IMG/VR virus record: IMGVR_UViG_3300005689_000056
Span: 1-64,000 of that record
Source of the DNA: a virus
Strand: one strand, 5' to 3'
DNA: 64,000 nt
This document shows positions 10,665-20,750 of this stretch, piece by piece; position 1 is the first letter of the stretch; each line of letters opens with the position of its first letter. The notes beneath the pieces were generated by a model. That model was not told the DNA's origin, searched no databases, and was given only the letters and a program-made list of their open reading frames with translations. The position numbers and the translations under genes are program-made.

Positions 10665-13066
10665 TGCCGATACATGCTAGGGTCCGTGCAGGCCACCGTG
10701 GGGGCCGAGCATATAACCTTGACCATCAAGGTCTCGGTAAGCCTGTATTCCTTATGACTGCGGCCTCGTACGACCCGATAACTCACAGGGTGAGAGACGA
10801 AGTCACAGGCCGTATAGGGCTACTATCTGCAGGCGTTACAGTACAGTCTGACTTTGCGACCCGGAGACGGGTCTTTGTGTTTGACGGTACTAGCGGATTC
10901 ATAGATTTCGGGCTAGGTTCTGTATTCGATAGTTCGGACAGAGACCTGATCATTGTCGCAAAAGTAAAACCAGCTAACTTGTCTGGTAGTAAGTGCATCG
11001 TAGGCCAGTTTAAAAACGCCACCACCGAGAGAAAGTGGAAGCTGGGTCTTTCTGACAGCACGCCCGCAATCTACATGCGCGGAGTATCGTCTAACACTTC
11101 TTTTACGTTCAGCAACAGCAACCTAGTCAGTGATAGGTGGAATACCCTAGCGGTGAGCCATACGTACAGCAGGGCTAGCCCGCTATACGGGGTGGTAGTG
11201 TGCCACAATTCGACACGTAATAACTACTACGGTACCAACACCACTTACGAGTCTGCGAATTTGCAATCGCTTGCAAACCGGCTGCTAGTCGGCGTCTGTA
11301 CGGGAGGATCAGACCAGTACATTGAGTATTTCGCCGGCAGTATCGAGTGGGTCGGTATCTGGAAAAGGCCATGTCCGCGAGTGCAGGTACTCGCCCGCTA
11401 CGCTAGAGCTATGGATCGCACTACGGCACCCGCTAAAGCAGGGTTCTTGCCAGCACAGCACGGCGGTAACGAGTTTTTCGTGGATAGTGCATGGTGGTCA
11501 CATACAACCAATCTCGCCCCGTACCCGACAGTAACCGTCACTACTGGCGGGTTTAGTAATGTCGAGGTCGGGGACGAGGTATCGATATACCAGAATGGGT
11601 ACTTAGGTGCGTTCAGGTGTGTTCGTAAGGGTACGATAGGTCCGACCACGGGAGTAACTACAGTACTACCACGGGCTGAAGGCGGGTTACTGAGTGTTAT
11701 ACAGAACGGCACCTCCGTACAGTATCGTGTCCCTTTCCTTTTTGAGCCGCTAAGTGGCCGTAGCGCTGCGCTGCCTGCGCCTACGCTCGCGTCTGTGTCT
11801 CTTCGCGTCTGTGGCGGGGACACGGTAAACGTGGCTAAGGGCGTAGTTGGTGGGTCGTTGGAGATACGCAGTCAGGCGGAACTCACAAAAGCTCTAGGCT
11901 TTGCTGGTACCTACACCATGAGGCACACGTATTACGAGAACAGGGTTAGCGACCGCCCGGTGAGACTAGCCGGGTATGACCCAGCAACCATGAACCCCCA
12001 CAACGTATTTGCCTACGGTGGGGCACTAGACGGCGTACTGACTGTTACTGGCGGTACGGTGTTTATGGAAGATTGCGTTCTACCGCAAAGCATGATAGTG
12101 GTCGTCGGGCGCATGATCGCTAAAAACGTAGTGTCCTCACCATCCTACGTAGAATCCAGACTGTCGGCCATTGAGGTTCGCAACATGCACACCCGCGCAG
12201 GGCTGGGGGCTACCACTTCCACCAGTCGAGGCATATTCACGGTGGCTGATGGCGTATTGCGTATTCGGGGCAGTAAGTTGGCGGCATCCGCACCGGTAGT
12301 GGATTTAGCACGAGGTGATGTGCGCGTGGTAGGGTCGTACCTGCAGAACCTAGTACCGCTAAATACCTCATCCTTTAGAGAACAGGTTTCCCTAGCAATG
12401 TGTAATCGCGCTATCGGGCAGGGTACTGTTTCGCTAGACGGCTGTGGGCTATATCGTAAGTTCGGAGTAACACGCGCCACTGCCGATATGCGCAATGTGC
12501 GCAGCAGGATAGCTGTGCGTATGAACTCGCTGCACGAACTCGGAACCACAATCAGTTCCGGCACGCAGGATATCTACACGTCGAATCTCGCGTACCACAT
12601 CGCCAGCGCATCTGAGATGCCTGACCTACCGTACTCTTACTACATGGAGTTTGAGTCAGAAGACCCAGTGGTCGCTAAGCGCACCTCCATAGCGAGAGCA
12701 ACGCACTATATAGAGTTTCGGTTTAGAAACACTACTGTGCGTAACCTTACGGTAGAGGTGGACTACCTAATGCCTGTGGCTGTGCGCGCGGGGGCCACCG
12801 CGCAGATGGAAGCATGGATTCCTCACCCGTCCGGTGGTGTGTCGAAAGTAGAAGACCCAATGACGTATGCGCTTTCTAATAGCGCGGAAACCAACATCGT
12901 CAGCGTGAGTAAGCCCGTTACCGATTGGGTACGCCCTAGCGGTACGTGGTACGCGTTTACCAGACAGTTTGACATCACCGACTGCCCGGTAGGCGAGATC
13001 GTTGTGCGCCTGATCACTACGAACATGTACCTCACCTATGTCAACCCTATTTGGCGAGTGTTGTAA
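10664..13066 (+). CDS. Tail fibre/receptor-binding protein with LamG/ConA-like domain
   Basis: FDGTSGFIDFG...AKVKP...WNTLAV...YFAGSIEWVGIW matches the LamG-like jelly-roll pattern. Confidence 0.7.
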   Translation: MPIHARVRAGHRGGRAYNLDHQGLGKPVFLMTAASYDPITHRVRDEVTGRIGLLSAGVTVQSDFATRRRVFVFDGTSGFIDFGLGSVFDSSDRDLIIVAKVKPANLSGSKCIVGQFKNATTERKWKLGLSDSTPAIYMRGVSSNTSFTFSNSNLVSDRWNTLAVSHTYSRASPLYGVVVCHNSTRNNYYGTNTTYESANLQSLANRLLVGVCTGGSDQYIEYFAGSIEWVGIWKRPCPRVQVLARYARAMDRTTAPAKAGFLPAQHGGNEFFVDSAWWSHTTNLAPYPTVTVTTGGFSNVEVGDEVSIYQNGYLGAFRCVRKGTIGPTTGVTTVLPRAEGGLLSVIQNGTSVQYRVPFLFEPLSGRSAALPAPTLASVSLRVCGGDTVNVAKGVVGGSLEIRSQAELTKALGFAGTYTMRHTYYENRVSDRPVRLAGYDPATMNPHNVFAYGGALDGVLTVTGGTVFMEDCVLPQSMIVVVGRMIAKNVVSSPSYVESRLSAIEVRNMHTRAGLGATTSTSRGIFTVADGVLRIRGSKLAASAPVVDLARGDVRVVGSYLQNLVPLNTSSFREQVSLAMCNRAIGQGTVSLDGCGLYRKFGVTRATADMRNVRSRIAVRMNSLHELGTTISSGTQDIYTSNLAYHIASASEMPDLPYSYYMEFESEDPVVAKRTSIARATHYIEFRFRNTTVRNLTVEVDYLMPVAVRAGATAQMEAWIPHPSGGVSKVEDPMTYALSNSAETNIVSVSKPVTDWVRPSGTWYAFTRQFDITDCPVGEIVVRLITTNMYLTYVNPIWRVL

Positions 13067-15738
13067 TGGCTGAACTATCAGTATTATTCTCTACCGTAGA
13101 AGCCGCGCTACCGAGCCGTACCCCTAGCACTGCGTACGCTGTAGGCACTTTAGTGAGTAGTGGCGGGTCTGTATGGAAGTGTATTGTCGGTGGTACCACC
13201 AGTTCTTCGTCTTCCGCGCCGTTTGGGGCAGGTAAAACCTCCTACACGGTGGACGACACAGTAAATGTGCAGTTCACTGATGGTAGTGTAACGTGGCGCG
13301 ATGTCACCGGGGATTCCCGCGAAGGGTGGAGCGCGTGCGCTAGGACGTTCGGTAGGCTCATCTATAACGCGGAGACCACTCTACAGCCGCTCATACGCCA
13401 ATGTTTGCTCAACATGCAGAGGGTCTGGGTTGATTCGAATAGCGTATTCTCCTGCAGCGTGTCGTTTAACCGAGCATACGAGGATGTCGCGGGTCAGGTG
13501 CTTAGCTCCAGCGGCGTATATACGTATATCGGTGTGAAGAACCAGCACGAAGCTACAAATTTTGTAAGTGTGGATAGAACGCAGCCGCTAGTCACCCCTA
13601 AGTTCGGGGCGGATATGACAGTATCTGTGTACATGGCGGGCCACGCATACATCGAAGGCTTTACGGTACGCTTCTCTGGCGATGTATTGCTGGATAACAA
13701 TACGACATGGAACACGTATGCTGTGTCGTGGCTGCGCCTGCGGGGCTGTGTTCTTGACCTGTCGGTAGGAAGTATTGTGGCGAAACACTACGCGTACCAA
13801 GGTAACAGTTCCGGGTCTAATGGTTCCGCCTTGTTTTGTCATTTCACTGTAGAGGATAGTACGGTTAATCTAGGCCTACGTTCTGTGATCCAGTATTCTG
13901 GGGAGCACGTATATGATCGAGTAACGTTCACACGGACTGGGGTGCGCCCCACCTTCATACCTAAGAGGTCGTACGGCAAGATCCACTTCATAGGCTGCGA
14001 CTTTTCTGCGATGCCAGAACACCCGCTGGTTGTTGTTGACATGCCCGGGTACCACGAAGTTATTTTTGAGCAGTGTGTCGGGCTTACTGACGCTAAGCTC
14101 TGGATTGACTATGGAGTAGCCGGTAGGCCTTTCCGGGTTGAAGTCATCGGGGGTGAGGTCAACGGCGTTATCGACAGGGATCGCCACCATACATACACGC
14201 ATAATCACAAGATGGTGCGCACCCCCAGCTACTATCGCGACAGCGGGGCTGAAGACTGGGTAGGTAACGGATATGCTTTGTCCGTAATCACCGACCGTAG
14301 AGTGCAATCGATTGCAAATGAGGTTGAGATTCTTGACACGGTCGGGGTAGTGAACCAGAAAGGCGTATATAGGGCGGTGATTCATTGTGCCCTACCAGAC
14401 AGTGCGGTAGTAACTGACTCCAATTTTTGGGCAGATGTAGTATTCCAGTCCCAAAACCACGGTATCGTGCCTTCAGCTAATAGGGACGTTTACATATCAT
14501 GGGTAGAGGTTGAGATGCCTCCCCCGGCTCCGATGCCTACGGTAATCAGTACGGGCGAACGATTCCCTACCCAAGTCATAGATGCCGATTACGGGTACGA
14601 TAAACCGTGGGTGAACCCTACTAATGGCTTCAGCGTTGGCGGCGGGGTAACGTCACAGACAGCACCACTCACTACCGGCGATAACAACAACTACCTGAAG
14701 TTTTACGGTTTCGGGTTCAGTGTGCCGGCGAGCGCTACTATCGCCAATATCACGATGCGTGTAGGTCGGTATCGTAGCGGTGGTACCACTGGAGAGATTC
14801 GAGACCACGCACTACACTTGAGTGATTCTTTTGACTGGTTGCTGAGCGATAACAAAGCAGTCGCCACCAACTGGCCTACTGACCCTGCGTCAGTACGCAC
14901 GATATCAGGCACGCCGTTTAGCTGGGGGATATCCGACTACTACACGCGATACAACACTGTAGATTTTGGTGTAGTAATGGCTGTTAAGAGCACTACGGCA
15001 TCCACTAATAGGGTAGCGAACGTGGATTATGTATCTCTGGAGCTATCCTACCCCGGCCCCGGTATCCCTGACCCGGAGTTGCCGAGACAGACTGTGAGAC
15101 CTACTGGAGTACATACCTCACACAGTCTAGCGACTGCCGTGGGCGCGGCTACCTTACACGAGGCTACGAACAGCGCATCACCTGACGACTCGTCGTACAT
15201 CCATGTGTCGCAGAATATCGGTACGGTCATGTTTGCGCTGAGCCTAGGCCCGTATCAGGCGTGCCAAGACGGGACAGCGATAGTGCGTATACGCGCTCGT
15301 CGTTCAGCGGCGGATGGCTATCTACGTACGTTTTCAGTTTCGCTGAGAACTAACAGCGCGCTGTTAGGCTTCACCGCGTCAGACGTGCCTGTCTTCGGTG
15401 ATAGTTGGTGGTTGTACGAGATACCAGTACCCGTGACTACATTGCTGTCGGACATACCTAATACATCTCTGCACATAGAGATAACTGTGGGCGGGACTTA
15501 CACAGGAGAGGGGATACCTACGGATACCCCAAGCACCATCACTACCGTGTCGTCTATCGGGGAGGGGTTTCAGCCGGCAGCAGAGGCGTGGACCGTACCG
15601 GCAGGGTATTCGGCCTACTCCTTCGAGGTGGTAGGGTATGCAGCGAGCCCGGGAGGTATACTTGTGTCTCTGGCTACAACCATACCGAGTTTGAATTTCT
15701 TTGTATGCCCGAAAATAGACATCGAGCGGATAGCATAA
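13066..15738 (+). CDS. Tail fibre/spike-like protein
   Basis: N-terminal STAYAVGTLV...VWKCIVGGT (CBM5/12-like), then a beta-helix-like region and lectin-like modules. Confidence 0.6.
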   Translation: MAELSVLFSTVEAALPSRTPSTAYAVGTLVSSGGSVWKCIVGGTTSSSSSAPFGAGKTSYTVDDTVNVQFTDGSVTWRDVTGDSREGWSACARTFGRLIYNAETTLQPLIRQCLLNMQRVWVDSNSVFSCSVSFNRAYEDVAGQVLSSSGVYTYIGVKNQHEATNFVSVDRTQPLVTPKFGADMTVSVYMAGHAYIEGFTVRFSGDVLLDNNTTWNTYAVSWLRLRGCVLDLSVGSIVAKHYAYQGNSSGSNGSALFCHFTVEDSTVNLGLRSVIQYSGEHVYDRVTFTRTGVRPTFIPKRSYGKIHFIGCDFSAMPEHPLVVVDMPGYHEVIFEQCVGLTDAKLWIDYGVAGRPFRVEVIGGEVNGVIDRDRHHTYTHNHKMVRTPSYYRDSGAEDWVGNGYALSVITDRRVQSIANEVEILDTVGVVNQKGVYRAVIHCALPDSAVVTDSNFWADVVFQSQNHGIVPSANRDVYISWVEVEMPPPAPMPTVISTGERFPTQVIDADYGYDKPWVNPTNGFSVGGGVTSQTAPLTTGDNNNYLKFYGFGFSVPASATIANITMRVGRYRSGGTTGEIRDHALHLSDSFDWLLSDNKAVATNWPTDPASVRTISGTPFSWGISDYYTRYNTVDFGVVMAVKSTTASTNRVANVDYVSLELSYPGPGIPDPELPRQTVRPTGVHTSHSLATAVGAATLHEATNSASPDDSSYIHVSQNIGTVMFALSLGPYQACQDGTAIVRIRARRSAADGYLRTFSVSLRTNSALLGFTASDVPVFGDSWWLYEIPVPVTTLLSDIPNTSLHIEITVGGTYTGEGIPTDTPSTITTVSSIGEGFQPAAEAWTVPAGYSAYSFEVVGYAASPGGILVSLATTIPSLNFFVCPKIDIERIA

Positions 15739-18450
15739 ATGAGCACTTTGCGATATGTGCGGGTACCTGACGGGGTAGTACATGCCGCTGAAAAGCAGTA
15801 TGTACGCACGCGCCTGCACCTAAGCCGTACGGTACCACCAAACAACCCAGCCACTTCGCTTATAGTCACGGCTGGCCCTACCGTATATACCTTCGACCTA
15901 GTCGCTGCCACGACTACGCACCTGCCGACCGTATCCTCCAATCCTAGTGCCTTTGCTACCGTCTATTCCGTACAGCACGTAATAGCTAGGAACGCTGCAT
16001 TAGCGCCGCTGATATACAAGATAGATCACGTAATCGCGCGTGAGATAGGTACGCTGCGGCAGTGGTCTGTAGATATGTCGTGGTCGGTAGCGGACGACAT
16101 GGCTATCTGGGAGTTGGATTCCGAATGGCTGCTTATCGAAACGCACCTGCAGGAGCGCGAGCTTACGAACCAGTGGAGTACCGGTAGCTCACTCAAAGAG
16201 TTTGCAATCGATTTCACTTGGGCTATCACCGGGTCTCAGGTACTGATTGACCTGCGGGATAGTATCAATACTCTCCGCGAGGGTCTTGGTTTATCGCCAG
16301 TGTCACTATACACCGGACCTAGTGTAGATATCGCACAGCGCCACTCAAGACATATGCGTGATTACGGTATCTACGCTCACGAAGACCCTGCTTTCCCCGC
16401 TGGGTGGCGGTTGTTCACAGAGCGCATGGCGAAACTGGCCGAACTCCCTGTAGAAGGTAACGAGTGTCTGCTACTCGGCTATTCGTCCGGTACTCTCCCG
16501 GGATCATTCTGGTACGGTAACTGGAGGGATAGCCCGCCACACTACGCCAACATGACCTTTGATTTCGGTCCCGGTAGTAATGTGAAGATGATGTTCGGGG
16601 TCGAGCATTACGGCTCAATACCTGCATACCCCACGCCTCCCGGCACTACTATGCAGTTAGGTACTTTGGTTCTTTTCGACTTGGATATAGGGAGCGGTTT
16701 GGATATGGAGCAGCGTACTCTGCGTATGGAATGGGCGTCGTACGGGGCGCTGATCGAGCGGCTAGATATGTTGTGGGAGACACGGGCTTTCGTAAAAGTT
16801 CGTACGCGCCACACCGCTAGCTACGCGTTACGAGTGAAAGCAGAACACTCCGCAGGATTCGGAGTCTTTGTGTCCGCTAGCCACACGGCGCAGACTTTCT
16901 ACACCACACGAGCAGAGCACTCCGCGTCGTATGGGTCCACCTTACCGGTACGCGCCGACCTGTCGTCCGGCTACGACGTTGAGCAGTACGCTAAAGTACG
17001 TGGGTCACTAATAGCGCCGTGGGCTCTACAGGTAAGGGCGGATCATTACTCCGAGTACTCTGATAGCCCGCGCGCGGTAAGTGTTTGCGAGTTCCCGTAC
17101 GAGTCTTCTGCGATGGTTCGAATCACGCATGACGCCATGTATGATGACAAACCGAGAGCCGTCGCTGAGCATACCGGCTACTACACCGACTCCGAGCGCA
17201 CCACGGCCCTGCATACAGCCAGCTACGCGCTACTGCCTAGAGTACTAGCAGAGCACCGGGCGAGGTATTCGGACTACACACAAGTGATGTCGGTACTTGA
17301 GGCCGGATACGATCTTCTGCAGAACAACCCGGTAAGGGCCTCACACCGTAGCTTTTATACGATATCGGACGGCGGCGCCATTTTGCAATCGATTGCATCG
17401 TCTGTAAAGGTTGCTGGTATCGAGGTTGACCCGGGCAATATCGACGTACGCATGGACGAAGGTGACGCCGGCTGGTCGGCTACCGTCGAAATAATGCAGC
17501 CTTCAGACTACGCACTCATAAACCTCCGAGATGTAGTGGAGATAGCGATTGGTGGGGAGGTATTTACGATGTTTGTGGATACTAAATCCATCAACCGCAG
17601 CGACCCGGTCGATATCCGCATGGAGATAACCTGCCTAAGCCCGGTCATGCTGCTGGAGGCTCCATACTCCGAGCCGGCAGACTTCTTAGTAGACACGGTT
17701 ACTGGTGCTAGGTCAGTTGTCGAGCAGCTTCTGGGGCAGACCGTTGATTGGCGTATTATCGACTGGCCGATACTACCGTACCGGTTTGCTGTACAGCAGC
17801 AGACTCCGCTGTCTTCAGCCAAACTCATCGCGGAGGCGGTGGGGGCTGTGATTGAGTCAGAGCCGGACGGATCTCTGTACGTGCGATACTTGTATCCGGT
17901 ATCTGTACCAAGTTTTGAGTCAGCTACACCGGACATGGTGCTAACAGATATTGACGATAACCTGTCTAGCAGGGATAAGCGGTACCGTGCGGACGTGTTC
18001 AACAGCTTCAGAGTACGTGAAGGTAAAGGCATATTGTCGGATAGTCTTGAGTGGGTTCCTGACGAGGAAGATGCCACTAGCGGGACACTCCGCGCATACC
18101 TTGAACCGTGGCGCTACACCGCAGAGGTGCACCACACCGATACGTTGGCCTTGCCGCTGATACCTATGGGGGTGGTCAGCCGTGAAGAGACGGAGGTGGT
18201 AGAGATCGTAGACGGTGAGGGTACTCTGCGGTATTCTGCTGTCGGGGTAGATTCGTACGAGTGGCTGTCTGCGTCGATGGGTACGCTGATCCACGAACCC
18301 AGAACAAAAACGATAGCGGTGAGTGATCCTGCGACCAACTGGGGATACGGCCTAGTGCGCGTTGTCTACCGTGTCGAGACGCTTAATTACCGTACGCAAA
18401 TACCGACAAGTGAACCTATCCAGTATCTGATCGTAGACAAGGGGAATTAA
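15739..18450 (+). CDS. Tail hub-like protein with internal CAP/SCP domain and repeat region
   Basis: CAP motifs at about 16250-16560; ~12-14-aa repeats (VRAEHSASY-like); C-terminal LIAEAVGAVI...DGSLYV pattern typical of tail hub proteins. Confidence 0.6.
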   Translation: MSTLRYVRVPDGVVHAAEKQYVRTRLHLSRTVPPNNPATSLIVTAGPTVYTFDLVAATTTHLPTVSSNPSAFATVYSVQHVIARNAALAPLIYKIDHVIAREIGTLRQWSVDMSWSVADDMAIWELDSEWLLIETHLQERELTNQWSTGSSLKEFAIDFTWAITGSQVLIDLRDSINTLREGLGLSPVSLYTGPSVDIAQRHSRHMRDYGIYAHEDPAFPAGWRLFTERMAKLAELPVEGNECLLLGYSSGTLPGSFWYGNWRDSPPHYANMTFDFGPGSNVKMMFGVEHYGSIPAYPTPPGTTMQLGTLVLFDLDIGSGLDMEQRTLRMEWASYGALIERLDMLWETRAFVKVRTRHTASYALRVKAEHSAGFGVFVSASHTAQTFYTTRAEHSASYGSTLPVRADLSSGYDVEQYAKVRGSLIAPWALQVRADHYSEYSDSPRAVSVCEFPYESSAMVRITHDAMYDDKPRAVAEHTGYYTDSERTTALHTASYALLPRVLAEHRARYSDYTQVMSVLEAGYDLLQNNPVRASHRSFYTISDGGAILQSIASSVKVAGIEVDPGNIDVRMDEGDAGWSATVEIMQPSDYALINLRDVVEIAIGGEVFTMFVDTKSINRSDPVDIRMEITCLSPVMLLEAPYSEPADFLVDTVTGARSVVEQLLGQTVDWRIIDWPILPYRFAVQQQTPLSSAKLIAEAVGAVIESEPDGSLYVRYLYPVSVPSFESATPDMVLTDIDDNLSSRDKRYRADVFNSFRVREGKGILSDSLEWVPDEEDATSGTLRAYLEPWRYTAEVHHTDTLALPLIPMGVVSREETEVVEIVDGEGTLRYSAVGVDSYEWLSASMGTLIHEPRTKTIAVSDPATNWGYGLVRVVYRVETLNYRTQIPTSEPIQYLIVDKGN

Positions 18451-18451
18451 G

Positions 18452-18949
18452 GTGGCGAACGAACTCATCACAGCCAGTGTAGTAATCAGTTTCACCGAGT
18501 CGTCAAGAGGTATCCTTACCGCTGAGGTGGATGACCGCCCGCTCTCTGAAGGTGGCTTCAACTCCGGGGATACCACTTTCTATCCCGGTGCAAGTCCCGC
18601 GTTTCTGCGGTACAAAACCGCAAATGTGGCGGTGTCGCTACAGCAAGCCAGTGAAGGTGCGCTGGTAGCGCTCGGTACTGTGCTCGTCAAAAAAACAGAA
18701 ACGCTACAGTTTCAGAACAAAAAGACGGTAAACCTGCAGTACCCGTACTACTCTGGGTTTGCTGTCAATAAGCGGTCGAACCCCGGTCTCGTGCTGAGCG
18801 TAGATTCAGGTAGTAGTACCGTCTCGCTAGCCAACCCTGCTGTAGCCGTAGCTGAGGTCTCGTACCTTGCGCAGGCTCAGGGGTTCCGCATCGTCGGCGC
18901 CTCGGGGCAGCTTCCGGTACTTGTATATATCGAGGGCACCGCCACATGA
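18452..18949 (+). CDS. Tail protein (paralog of 18946)
   Basis: ITASVVISF...AEVD..P..GFNSGDTTF.PG..PAFL.YK shared with the next gene. Confidence 0.65.
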   Translation: MANELITASVVISFTESSRGILTAEVDDRPLSEGGFNSGDTTFYPGASPAFLRYKTANVAVSLQQASEGALVALGTVLVKKTETLQFQNKKTVNLQYPYYSGFAVNKRSNPGLVLSVDSGSSTVSLANPAVAVAEVSYLAQAQGFRIVGASGQLPVLVYIEGTAT

Positions 18950-19431
18950 GCCAGATCACCGCTACGCTGGTCGTAAACTTCAGCGGCACAGGCGGGGGAG
19001 GCGATCTAATGCTTGAGGTGGACAGCGACCCCGCCGGCCTCAACGAAGGGCGTACGACATTCAAACCGGGTGAGGCGCCCGGTTTTTTGCTGTATAAGTC
19101 TGATAATGTCGTCGTAGATATTCTACGATGTACCGAAGGGGGTATTAGCGAACACGGTCAGCGCGTTGAGACGGTACGTGAGTTTCTAACCTGCGCCGGG
19201 GATCGCAAAGTTACCACCAGTAAGCCCGTAAATGGCGGGTTCTCTATCCTAGGTAGCTGGGGCGACGCCTATACATACAGCCTCAGTAACTCCGAGATAA
19301 CGTTTGATAGTGAAAAACTTCTGGTTCTGGAGGTCTCCTACACGACTACCGCAAAGCAGTACCGCGTTAATGGGGCCTCCGGTGTAGCGCCGATTGTTGT
19401 GCTGGCTATCGGCCATACGGGGGAGTCATGA
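18946..19431 (+). CDS. Tail protein (paralog of 18452)
   Basis: ITATLVVNF...LEVD..P.GLNEGRTTFKPG..PGFLLYK. Confidence 0.65.
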   Translation: MSQITATLVVNFSGTGGGGDLMLEVDSDPAGLNEGRTTFKPGEAPGFLLYKSDNVVVDILRCTEGGISEHGQRVETVREFLTCAGDRKVTTSKPVNGGFSILGSWGDAYTYSLSNSEITFDSEKLLVLEVSYTTTAKQYRVNGASGVAPIVVLAIGHTGES

Positions 19432-19727
19432 TCGATATTGTTGTAGTGCGCGGTCTAGGAGACCGTCCCGGGGAAGACATTGAGAGTCCTATAATCTCCA
19501 CTGTAGCTGCCGCTGTAGAGCGCGGACGTAATATGATCGACAGTAACTCCGGACTACAGGATGTCGAGGTCGAGTCCGTGGTCAAACTGTCTGCCCGTTG
19601 CGGCGATCTAGTAGAGGTTCACGATGCGTTGATGGGTGCCTCGTGGAGGGGCAAGGTATCAGGCGTACGCCATCAGCTTACAGGCGGTGTGCCATCGACC
19701 GTATTCACCATTGAGAGGAAGGTATGA
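19428..19727 (+). CDS. Small tail/hub-associated protein
   Basis: ATGA coupling; GDLVEV...GKV..V.H beta-barrel pattern. Confidence 0.55.
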   Translation: MIDIVVVRGLGDRPGEDIESPIISTVAAAVERGRNMIDSNSGLQDVEVESVVKLSARCGDLVEVHDALMGASWRGKVSGVRHQLTGGVPSTVFTIERKV

Positions 19728-19957
19728 GTAATCCGCTGAAAAGGCTCGTCAAATCGCTCACACCGCAGCAGGTAACCTCCGGTAAGGTTGTAGCTCGTTC
19801 CGGGGCGTCAGTGTCCGTAGTCACTGCAAAAGGCGTGGTTAACTTGCAAATCTCCGGGGCTGAAACCTACGCTATCGGTAGTGATGTAGCGATGCGTGAC
19901 GGGCTGATCGTAGGTAAGCTGATTCGCCGGGATACATTGCCTAGATTCTACGTCTGA
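19724..19957 (+). CDS. Small tail-tip protein (OB-fold-like)
   Basis: ATGA coupling; MSNPLKRL...GKVV pattern. Confidence 0.5.
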   Translation: MSNPLKRLVKSLTPQQVTSGKVVARSGASVSVVTAKGVVNLQISGAETYAIGSDVAMRDGLIVGKLIRRDTLPRFYV

Positions 19958-19988
19958 TTTTGAAATCGATTGCAAATAGGAGAGCGAG

Positions 19989-20630
19989 ATGGCTGATCTA
20001 CCAACTATGAACCTCACGATGGTGAAAGGTAAATCTTTCATGCGCACCATCTACTGGGGTCTTGAACCTCTTCAGTTTCGTACAGTCACTGGGGTGTCTA
20101 AGACGGCGCCAGTGACACTCACTGTACCGAATCATGGGCTCCCCGCGTCGTGGCCCATCGCGATTACCGATGTAGCAGGTATGTCCGAAATCAACGCAAA
20201 AGCTAAGGTGCCTCTACCTGATGAGTACCTGATCGCTAGCCGGGTTGATCAGGACACACTGACCATTCCGAACCTCAGCGCCGTAGGTTTCAGTAACTAC
20301 ACGAGCGGTGGTCTGATCCGGTTCGCAACTCCTGCAAATCTCACAGGATGTAGCGCTCTCTTTCAGGCACGACGCAAGCCGGGGTCACCTGTACTTCTCG
20401 AAATGAGTACCGTAGAGGGCGGCGGGGTATTCCTTGATGTCGAAAACAGCAGAATCCTACTGTATACTTCGCCAGAACAGACGGAGACTCTAGGGTTCAA
20501 GGTGGCGCAGTACGAGCTTGAATTGAGGACACCACCCACGCAGTACGCACCCGCCGGTGACGTTTACCCAATTATGCGCGGTACGCTTGCGGTACTAGAC
20601 GAGTACGCACATACTCTCGATCAGCTATAA
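19989..20630 (+). CDS. Virion protein with FCCH-like beta domain
   Basis: VTGVSKTAPVTLTVPNHGL...ITDVAGMSEIN resembles the FCCH-like domain seen in phage structural proteins; AGGAG RBS. Confidence 0.55.
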   Translation: MADLPTMNLTMVKGKSFMRTIYWGLEPLQFRTVTGVSKTAPVTLTVPNHGLPASWPIAITDVAGMSEINAKAKVPLPDEYLIASRVDQDTLTIPNLSAVGFSNYTSGGLIRFATPANLTGCSALFQARRKPGSPVLLEMSTVEGGGVFLDVENSRILLYTSPEQTETLGFKVAQYELELRTPPTQYAPAGDVYPIMRGTLAVLDEYAHTLDQL

Positions 20631-20645
20631 CATCAGGAGAACACA

Positions 20646-20750
20646 GTGACTGCACCACCCACGCACCAAACACCGCTACCGCCTACCATGGCGAGTAGGC
20701 TGCTAAGTACAGCAGTCGAGGCGATGGCGTTCATGAAAGGAGGACGGTGA
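20646..20750 (+). CDS. Possible 34-aa small ORF
   Basis: AGGAG 6 nt before GTG; stop overlaps the next start; below the ORF-track cutoff. Confidence 0.3.
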   Translation: MTAPPTHQTPLPPTMASRLLSTAVEAMAFMKGGR

